The notes beneath the pieces are model-generated. The model did no database searches and was not told the DNA's origin. It worked only from the letters and a program-made list of their open reading frames with translations. Both the position numbers and the translations under genes were made by a program. Below are positions 57,484 to 64,000 of a DNA stretch of 64,000 bases, piece after piece. Positions within the stretch are counted from its first letter, which is position 1; each line of letters starts with the position of its first letter. Source of the stretch: Paenirhodobacter sp. (GTDB lineage Bacteria > Pseudomonadota > Alphaproteobacteria > Rhodobacterales > Rhodobacteraceae); assembly GCF_050177655.1 (NCBI RefSeq), contig NZ_JBFXGV010000006.1:4467-68466 (forward strand). Reading direction: 5' to 3'.

Positions 57484-58347
57484 CTAGAGCCCCTGTTTGC
57501 GCGCGCCACGCAGGAGCGTGTAGACGCCCGAGGCCACCACCAGTGCCGCGCCGAAGAGGGTCGCCGCATCGGGGCGCTCGGCGAAGACCAGCATGCCGAG
57601 GATCAGCGCAAAGATGAGCCGGGTGTAGCGGAAGGGGGTGATGACCGCGACCTCGCCCAGGCGCATCGCGCCGGTGAGGCAGGCATAGGCGATCACGCCG
57701 ACGACGACGGCGCCGCCGATCGGGGCGAGCGCCGCGGCCGGGGGCGGTGCGGCCCCGCCGGTGACGGCGAGGATGATCGCGCCGGCCGGGATCAGCGCGG
57801 CGAAACCGTAGATGCCGAGCTGGAAATTGGTCAGCACCTTCGGCGCCGCACGGGTCGAGAGATCGCGCCCGGCAAAGCCCAGAAGCCCGAGCACCGTCCA
57901 CATCGCGGCGGGCACGAAGCCCTCGAGCCCGGGGCGCAGGATCACCAGCACGCCGAGAAAGCCAAGGCCGATCGCCGCCCAGCGCCGCGGCCCGACCCGC
58001 TCGCGAAAGAGGATCGCCGCCCCCGCGACGACGACGAGCGGCGTCGCCTGCAAGATCGCCGAGGCGTTCGACAAGGGGGTCAGCGCGATGCCGAGCGTAT
58101 AGCCGATGCGGCCGAGGATCTCGAACACCGCCTTTATCAGCATCAGCCGGCTCGCCACCGCGGCATGCCAGAGCGGCTGCCCCTTCGCCAATGCGAGCGC
58201 CGCAAAGGCGATCATGCCCCCTGCCCCGAAGAGCATCAGCACCTCGCCCACCGGCAGATGCCCCGCCGCGCGTTTCACGAACATGTCCTCGAGCGCGAAA
58301 AGCGCCATCGCCACGGTCATCAGCGCCGCGCCGCGGATATTCTCCAT
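57484..58347 (-). CDS. DMT (EamA) family transporter
   Basis: The 287-aa protein has about 10 hydrophobic helices. Start is the ATG at 58347 (MENIRGAALMTVAMALFALED). Confidence 0.85.
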   Translation of the reverse strand: MENIRGAALMTVAMALFALEDMFVKRAAGHLPVGEVLMLFGAGGMIAFAALALAKGQPLWHAAVASRLMLIKAVFEILGRIGYTLGIALTPLSNASAILQATPLVVVAGAAILFRERVGPRRWAAIGLGFLGVLVILRPGLEGFVPAAMWTVLGLLGFAGRDLSTRAAPKVLTNFQLGIYGFAALIPAGAIILAVTGGAAPPPAAALAPIGGAVVVGVIAYACLTGAMRLGEVAVITPFRYTRLIFALILGMLVFAERPDAATLFGAALVVASGVYTLLRGARKQGL

Positions 58348-58458
58348 TCCGTCCTCCCCCGGATGCCTCCGCCGGGGCGGACGGACGAGTTTAATACGCC
58401 CTTTCCTCCGCCGTCCACCACGCCTAATCTCGCCCCGCAAAACAGCATGGAGAGGGCG

Positions 58459-59325
58459 ATGGATCGGATCATCGGGGTGATCGGCGGCTCGGGCGTCTAT
58501 GACATCGCCGGGCTCGAGGGGGCCATGTGGCAGGCGGTCGACACGCCCTTTGGCGCGCCCTCGGACGATCTGCTCAGCGGCACGCTTAACGGAGTGAAGA
58601 TGGTCTTCCTGCCGCGCCACGGGCGGGGCCATGTGCATACGCCGACGACCGTGCCCTATCGCGCGAACATCTGTGCGATGAAGGCGATGGGGGTCACCGA
58701 TCTGGTCGCGGTTTCCGCCGTGGGCTCGCTGAAGGAGGCCTATGCGCCGGGCGATTTCCTGATCGTCGACCAATATATCGACCGCACCTTCGCGCGGGAG
58801 AAATCCTTCTTCGGCCCCGGGCTCGTCGGCCATGTGCCCTTTGCCCATCCGACCTGCGCGCGGCTCTCGGCCGCCTGCGCGGCGGCGGCGCGCACCACCG
58901 GCACCGCGGTGCACGAGGGCGGCACCTATGTCGCGATGGAGGGGCCCCAGTTTTCCACCCTCGCCGAAAGCCGGCTTTACCGCAGCTGGGGCGCGGACGT
59001 GATCGGCATGACCGGCATGCCGGAGGCGAAGCTCGCCCGCGAGGCGGAGCTTTGCTATGCCTGCGTGGCGATGATCACCGATTACGATTGCTGGCACCCC
59101 GAGCATGACGCGGTCGATGTGGCGCAGGTCGTCGCCACCGCGATGGCGAATGCCGACAAGGCGCGCGCGCTGGTCGCCGCGCTGCCCGGGCTGCTGGCCG
59201 AGCCGGCGCAGGATTGCGAAGCGGGCTGTGGCCATGCGCTCGACAGCGCGATCATGACGGCGCCCGCGAAACGCGACCCGGAGCTGATGGCGAAGCTCGC
59301 GCCGGTGATGGGCCGGGTGCTGTGA
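58459..59325 (+). CDS. mtnP: S-methyl-5'-thioadenosine phosphorylase
   Basis: It contains IGVIGGSGVYD and FLPRHGRGH, plus MTGMPEAKLAREAELCYA. The start could instead be the ATG at 58447. Confidence 0.9.
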   Translation: MDRIIGVIGGSGVYDIAGLEGAMWQAVDTPFGAPSDDLLSGTLNGVKMVFLPRHGRGHVHTPTTVPYRANICAMKAMGVTDLVAVSAVGSLKEAYAPGDFLIVDQYIDRTFAREKSFFGPGLVGHVPFAHPTCARLSAACAAAARTTGTAVHEGGTYVAMEGPQFSTLAESRLYRSWGADVIGMTGMPEAKLAREAELCYACVAMITDYDCWHPEHDAVDVAQVVATAMANADKARALVAALPGLLAEPAQDCEAGCGHALDSAIMTAPAKRDPELMAKLAPVMGRVL

Positions 59326-59396
59326 GTGCCCGCTGCCCCGTCCGCCCCGCGGCTTTGCCGCCGATGACCGTCAAACCCACTTTCGGAGCCTGACAG

Positions 59397-59936
59397 ATGA
59401 CCCCCCGCAAGACCGTCAAGGACTACATCCGCACCATCGTCGATTTCCCGCACGAAGGGATCCTGTTTCGCGACGTGACCACGCTTTTCGCCGATGCGCG
59501 GGGTTTCCGCATGGCGATCGACGAGATGCTGCACCCCTGGGCGGGGGAGGAGATCGACAAGGTCGTCGGCCTCGAGGCGCGCGGCTTCATCCTTGGCGGG
59601 GCGATCGCGCATCAGCTCTCGAAAGGGTTCGTGCCGATCCGCAAGAAGGGCAAGCTGCCCGGGCAGACGATCTCGCAGGCCTATAGTCTCGAATATGGCG
59701 AGGCGGTGATGGAAATGCACGAGGATGCGATCGCGCCGGGCGAGAAGGTGCTGATCGTCGACGACCTGCTGGCGACGGGCGGCACCTGCAGCGCGGGGAT
59801 CAAGCTGATCGAGCGGCTGGGCGGCGAGATCGTCGGCTGTTCCTTCATCGTCGATCTGCCGGAGCTTGGCGGGCGCAAGCTGCTCGAGGATCTCGGGATG
59901 GAGGTCTCGGTGCTCTGCGAATTCGAGGGCGCCTGA
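59397..59936 (+). CDS. apt: adenine phosphoribosyltransferase
   Basis: It contains [13 protein letters not shown] and the PRPP loop [13 protein letters not shown]. Confidence 0.95.
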   Translation: MTPRKTVKDYIRTIVDFPHEGILFRDVTTLFADARGFRMAIDEMLHPWAGEEIDKVVGLEARGFILGGAIAHQLSKGFVPIRKKGKLPGQTISQAYSLEYGEAVMEMHEDAIAPGEKVLIVDDLLATGGTCSAGIKLIERLGGEIVGCSFIVDLPELGGRKLLEDLGMEVSVLCEFEGA

Positions 59937-60050
59937 GCGCCGGAAATGCGTGAGGGCCTTAACGGCGTTAACGAAGCGGAAACCCGAATCGCGCTACCCA
60001 GAACGGGCCTGATGGTTCGGCTGCTTGCAAACACGTGAACCAAAAGTGCC

Positions 60051-60076
60051 GCGCCCTGCCGCCCCCGGCAGGGCGC
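60051..60076. terminator. strong 11-bp-stem hairpin at the GC-shift boundary
   Basis: GCGCCCTGCCG-CCCC-CGGCAGGGCGC is followed by ATTCATTT. Confidence 0.5.
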
Positions 60077-60322
60077 ATTCATTTGGGCCGGGGGGCGGGG
60101 GGGCGTGTTTGGCGATGGGCAGACAGGGGGCGTGAGTGACGCAGGGCCGAAGGGGCATATGATCGCTTCCGGCCCTTTGCTGCCGTTCAGCCCTGCCGCA
60201 TGCTGTGCGACGGCATTCCCGCAAGCAGCCGTTCAGAGGGCGAGCAGCGAAGCGCTCGTCGCGACTGAAGTTGTGCGAAGCGAAGTATGGGGGTTTCTTG
60301 CCCGTCATCGGAGAACAGGATT

Positions 60323-60401
60323 GAAGCGGGTATGATGCCCGTTTACACTCCGCAAAGTGGGTCTCATACCCGCTTCGTCGCAGCAAGAGGGTATCATACC
60401 C
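60323..60401. promoter_or_regulatory. inverted repeats upstream of the HTH/MTase/PIN cassette (candidate operators)
   Basis: A perfect 13-bp inverted repeat pairs GAAGCGGGTATGA (60323-60335) with TCATACCCGCTTC (60364-60376). The related palindrome GGGTAT-C-ATACCC spans 60389-60401, 20 nt before the ATG at 60421. Confidence 0.45.
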
Positions 60402-60420
60402 ATTCAGGAGCATAGCGATC

Positions 60421-60876
60421 ATGATCCCTGCGGGGCGGGTGCAGACATTGACAGGCCTGACCGCCAATCAGCTAAGGGAGTGGGCTCATCGGCGCGATCT
60501 CGTTCCGCCCGATATCGAGGCCGGCGGTCCGGGTCGGCCCGCGCTCTATAGCTGGCAAACAGTCTTACTGCTGCGCATTGCTATGGTTCTGCGCGAGCGG
60601 TTCAGAATTGAGTTGCAGGCGCACAAGGATCTGCTGCACGCGCTGCACGACCTTCTTTCGGGTGTGCCCTTTCCAGCTTTGCGCGGCTGCGTGTTGGCAT
60701 TGCGTGCCATGGAACATGGCGAGCTACTTTCTGAAGGCATAGTCCATGTCGGGGTGAATGAGCCCGATACCTTGTTTCTGCATCTTGACCCACATCTTGA
60801 CGTGCTCGAAGTGGAATTCGCACCCCAAGATCAGAGCGGGCAGCTTCCACTGTTTCGCGCGGTGCGGATCCGATGA
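60421..60876 (+). CDS. MerR/excisionase-like HTH protein, first gene of the cassette
   Basis: The 151-aa protein has an AGGAG RBS. RVQTLTGLTANQLREWAHRRDLVPP...GRPALYSWQTVLLLRIAMVLRE follows the MerR-type HTH and wing pattern. I do not recognise the C-terminal half. Confidence 0.65.
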   Translation: MIPAGRVQTLTGLTANQLREWAHRRDLVPPDIEAGGPGRPALYSWQTVLLLRIAMVLRERFRIELQAHKDLLHALHDLLSGVPFPALRGCVLALRAMEHGELLSEGIVHVGVNEPDTLFLHLDPHLDVLEVEFAPQDQSGQLPLFRAVRIR

Positions 60877-63368
60877 GCGTGCTTGTCTCGATCGAGCGGG
60901 AGCTCTTGGGTTTGGGCTATAGTGCCGACGCGCTGCACCGCGCCTATAGCTTCGCGGATGTCCTCGATTCCGCTACGCAGACGCGCACCGTTGCGCTGGC
61001 CGCTTTCACCCAGACGCCGGAATCCTTCCGGTCCGCCGCCTTCGGGGTCGTTGAAGGCGAGCCTGACAGTGCTGCCGCAGTAATGGCCAATCGCGCCTTG
61101 GGCGCCCCGATCTTCTTTTCGATCGACAGTAGCGATGTCGGCGTTTGGGCAGTTGGCGCCCAGGCGCCACGCCTGCTTGAGCGAATTCCTGTCGATCAGC
61201 TTTCCGACCTGTTTGGCCGTTACCGCGATAGCTGGACTCCGCGGGCACTCCACCGCGCCAAGTCGCTCGATCTGCCGCGTGGTCCGATCCAAGTTGATTT
61301 CATCGATCTGGGGCTGTTGCCGGCGATCGAGCAGGAGGTCCAGCACAAGCTCCATCGGACCATGGCGGAAGTGCTCGATCTGCTTCTGCCGTCTGACGCG
61401 GGGCAAGAAAGGCAGAAGGATGCTTTCCGCCTGACTTTCCGCTTGCTCGCTGCCAAAATCTTGATTGATCGAGAGCATCCAGCCGCTGCGGACTGGGCGC
61501 ACGATGATGCCAGTGCCGTCCTTAGCGGAATTCAAGGCTATTATAGCCTTGGCCTCCTCGGCAGCGACGTTGCCGCGGTATCTGCCGACGATATAGAATC
61601 TGCGTGGGCGCGCCTTCGGTCGTCGATCACGCTACGGAATATCTCGTCTGACAGCTTGGCATTCGTTTACGAAAATACGCTCGTCACAGCCGATACCCGC
61701 AAGCTCTTCGGGACACATAGCACGCCCCGCCCCTTGGCTGAGTATGTGCTGAGCCAGATCGATCTTTCGCGCTGCGATCCAGAAACAGTGCGGATTGCTG
61801 AACCTTTCGCCGGCGCGGGGATTTTCTTGGTCGCTGCGCTTCGCGAACTCCGCGACTTGCTGCCGCCGGATTGGCCGGCCGAACGACGTCATCAATTCTT
61901 GGTTGATCGTCTGGTGGGTGCAGAACTCGACGCATTCGCTTGCGAGGTGGCGACGCTCTCGCTGATCCTGGCCGATTATCCCAATGCGAATGGCTGGCAC
62001 ATCCGCTCAACCGATCTTTTCAAGGTCGGCGCCCTCGGCACTTTCCTCGAAGGTGCAACGCTCATCCTATGCAATCCGCCGTTCGAGGATTTTACGGTGG
62101 AGGAGCGGCAGGACTATCCGGAGGCCTTCGCCGTTTCGCCGTCAAAGGCGATGGTCGCGCTTCATGCCTCTATAGATGCAGGCCCCGAGGCGCTGGGCTT
62201 CGTGTTACCACGTGGCGTCCTGCAACAGACTCAATATCGTAATCTCCGAGCACGACTTGCGGCCACCTATGACAGGATCGAGCTTGTCTCGCTTCCCGAT
62301 CGCATCTTCGAGAAGGCGACCTATCCATGCGCTCTCGTGATCGCGACCGATCGGCGTCCCGTGGAAACGTTGACTAAGCCCGTTCGGTTAATTGCCAAGA
62401 CTGTTGTCGATGCGGACAGAGAACGGTTTCTCGCTCATGGCTCCGTCACTTCCCAGCGTCACTCGGTTCGGGCTGCGCCCGCTGGTAACATCTGGATTGG
62501 TGAACTCGACGCGCTTTGGTCCTATCTCGAAGACGCACCCCGGCTAGGTAACTGTGCGGACATTGGCCGAGGACTTCAATGGAGGTCGCAGCGTGCTGGC
62601 GTGTTTAATGCGCCTGGCCCGATGCGCGAACGAGGAATCTACAAGCCTGCCGATAGCCTTATCCCGTTTCATTTGATGAACACGGTGTGGCTCAGCATCG
62701 ATCCCGAGCTTAGCTATCGCCAAGGGCCGCTACAAAGACTCTGGGACAACCCCAAGGTTCTGATCAACAACCAGCGCTCGTCTCGGGGCCCATGGCGGCT
62801 CTCGGCGGCGGCCGATGACAGTGGGCTTTGGGCGTCGCAGCAATTTACTGGGATCTGGCCTACTGGCGACTATGACATCCGAGCGCTGGCCGCGATCTTA
62901 AACGGGCCGCTCGCCAATGCTTTCGTCACTGAACATTCGACCGATCATGATTTCACCAACGTCATGCTCGGCAGTATGCCGCTTCCACGCAAATTGGATA
63001 TGATTAAGCTTGGTGCGGCCGTGCGGGAATATGAAGCTCTTCTTGATGAGAAGCACCATGCCGTGCTCGTAGGCAATGAGTATGATTCGCGTCTTGATCG
63101 CCTGCTCGTCTGGATCGATGCACTCGTGCTTGACGGTTATGATCTGCCGCCACGTCTTGAACGCCAGCTATTTTCCTATTTCGAAGGTCGTAAGCGACCG
63201 GTGCAGCATGGCTTCTCTGGCTGGCTGCCGGCGGACCTGAAGGGATATGTGCCACTTTACGAATGGCTGACCCGAGATCATGCATCCAACCAAGGCGCTT
63301 GGGTGCTCGATGTATTCAAGCCCGCACCAGCTGAGGAAAATGATGCACTCGCAAGGTTCCTTGACTGA
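60873..63368 (+). CDS. N6-adenine DNA methyltransferase-like protein (gamma-class motif order, Eco57I/TaqI-C-like C-terminal region), no recognisable nuclease domain
   Basis: The 831-aa protein's start makes an ATGA overlap with the upstream gene. Its motifs are FGTHSTPRPLAEYV (motif X, aa 279-292), AEPFAGAGIF (motif I, aa 309-318, nt 61797-61826) and NPPF (motif IV, aa 401-404, nt 62073-62084). The N-terminal roughly 270 aa match nothing I recognise. Confidence 0.75.
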   Translation: MSVLVSIERELLGLGYSADALHRAYSFADVLDSATQTRTVALAAFTQTPESFRSAAFGVVEGEPDSAAAVMANRALGAPIFFSIDSSDVGVWAVGAQAPRLLERIPVDQLSDLFGRYRDSWTPRALHRAKSLDLPRGPIQVDFIDLGLLPAIEQEVQHKLHRTMAEVLDLLLPSDAGQERQKDAFRLTFRLLAAKILIDREHPAAADWAHDDASAVLSGIQGYYSLGLLGSDVAAVSADDIESAWARLRSSITLRNISSDSLAFVYENTLVTADTRKLFGTHSTPRPLAEYVLSQIDLSRCDPETVRIAEPFAGAGIFLVAALRELRDLLPPDWPAERRHQFLVDRLVGAELDAFACEVATLSLILADYPNANGWHIRSTDLFKVGALGTFLEGATLILCNPPFEDFTVEERQDYPEAFAVSPSKAMVALHASIDAGPEALGFVLPRGVLQQTQYRNLRARLAATYDRIELVSLPDRIFEKATYPCALVIATDRRPVETLTKPVRLIAKTVVDADRERFLAHGSVTSQRHSVRAAPAGNIWIGELDALWSYLEDAPRLGNCADIGRGLQWRSQRAGVFNAPGPMRERGIYKPADSLIPFHLMNTVWLSIDPELSYRQGPLQRLWDNPKVLINNQRSSRGPWRLSAAADDSGLWASQQFTGIWPTGDYDIRALAAILNGPLANAFVTEHSTDHDFTNVMLGSMPLPRKLDMIKLGAAVREYEALLDEKHHAVLVGNEYDSRLDRLLVWIDALVLDGYDLPPRLERQLFSYFEGRKRPVQHGFSGWLPADLKGYVPLYEWLTRDHASNQGAWVLDVFKPAPAEENDALARFLD

Positions 63369-63865
63369 TGGAGCAGATTCTTCTCGACACAAATTTCGTG
63401 TCCGTCCTGTTCGATCCGCGCCGCCCCAATTTCGCGGCGGTTCATGGGCGGGCGCAGGCCTTTGCCCAAAGCGACCTCGTCTATCTCTCGGCCGTCGTGT
63501 TAGCCGAACTTCGCTACGGGATGGAAGCAGCCCAGCGTGCCGGACAGGACGTCTCCCATATCCGTCACACGCTCACTCAGGCAGCAGCGTATCCACTTGC
63601 AGAAGTCGGTCGCCATACAGCCGAAGCATATGGCCACGTCAAGGCGCTCCTAGCTGAGCATTACCTCGACCTGTCTCGTCGCACTCCCCGATGGCTGGAG
63701 AACTGGCAAGATCGGGCCTCAGGTCAGATTCTCCAAGTCGATGAGAACGACCTCTGGATCGTAGCCCAAGCTGTAGAGCGTGATTATCTTCTGGTGACGA
63801 GCGATCAGCGACTTGCGGATCGCTTCGTCCCAGCGATTGCCGAACTCCGTTTGTCGGTCGTTTGA
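63368..63865 (+). CDS. PIN domain (VapC-like) nuclease
   Basis: The 165-aa protein's start makes a TGATG overlap with the MTase-like gene. The acidic residues sit in the PIN pattern: LLD7TN, LAE47L, END128LWIVAQA and VTSD146. Confidence 0.75.
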   Translation: MEQILLDTNFVSVLFDPRRPNFAAVHGRAQAFAQSDLVYLSAVVLAELRYGMEAAQRAGQDVSHIRHTLTQAAAYPLAEVGRHTAEAYGHVKALLAEHYLDLSRRTPRWLENWQDRASGQILQVDENDLWIVAQAVERDYLLVTSDQRLADRFVPAIAELRLSVV

Positions 63866-63919
63866 TCTTAAGAAATGGCCGCTCACTGAAGTGTAATCAG
63901 ACAGCTAGGCGGAATTCGG

Positions 63920-64000
63920 ATGACCGCTCCAGTGGGAAACTACTTCCGCCATACTGCAACTGCCGCAATTGGCTCCCGGCCCCTTGTGGTTAAACCAGCC
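63920..64000 (+). CDS. possible 5' end of a further gene (truncated by the window edge)
   Basis: The ATG at 63920 is followed by 26 sense codons open to the window end (MTAPVGNYFRHTATAAIGSRPLVVKPA). It is too short to judge. Confidence 0.2.
   Translation, partial: MTAPVGNYFRHTATAAIGSRPLVVKPA

Noticed and set aside
59994-60467. A 157-aa minus-strand ORF, and a 76-aa plus-strand ORF at 60105..60335, lie in the gap before the cassette.
   Set aside because: Their composition is improbable (Cys/Arg/Pro-rich). They have no RBS. The minus-strand ORF overlaps the operator-like repeats and the start of the HTH gene. I treated the region as non-coding.

Overview
The window looks like a high-GC alphaproteobacterial chromosome, probably Rhodobacteraceae-like. 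That guess rests on gene content and a Hint-domain protein, with no database search. A core 60-nt line I hand-counted (14041-14100) is 73% GC. Most of the window is ordinary, densely packed housekeeping and metabolism:
- trpS and argB.
- A fatty-acid beta-oxidation block: two MerR regulators, a large acyl-CoA dehydrogenase, a GST, a thiolase and a FadB-like enzyme.
- An acyl-CoA synthetase.
- The pyrimidine-salvage cluster cdd-deoA-deoB-upp.
- maeB and a prpE-like ligase.
- A cytoplasmic hybrid histidine kinase with an NtrC-type activator.
- nadK and glyA.
- An RND efflux pair, waaA, lysC, ptsP, and MTAP with apt.

No rRNA, tRNA, CRISPR array, transposase or integrase was recognised. Many long Arg/Ala/Pro-rich ORFs in the track are antisense shadows of real genes and were ignored.

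Three things stand out.
1. At the right edge (about 59.9-64.0 kb) GC drops; sampled lines are 57-60%. There, a tightly overlapping three-gene cassette encodes a MerR/excisionase-like HTH protein, an 831-aa protein and a VapC-like PIN nuclease. The 831-aa protein has gamma-class N6-adenine methyltransferase motifs but no nuclease motif I can recognise. The PIN gene has no adjacent small antitoxin. I cannot place this combination in any named defence, restriction-modification (RM) or toxin-antitoxin (TA) system from memory. It is the best candidate for something undescribed.
2. A small low-GC pocket (about 10.15-11.3 kb) interrupts the beta-oxidation block. It carries one HTH-domain gene and sits next to a 41-bp direct repeat that duplicates the 3' end of a neighbouring membrane-protein gene.
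3. A family of at least six dispersed intergenic hairpin (REP-like) elements shows compensatory arm changes. Nearly all lie between convergent genes, and one copy is split by a 156-bp insert.
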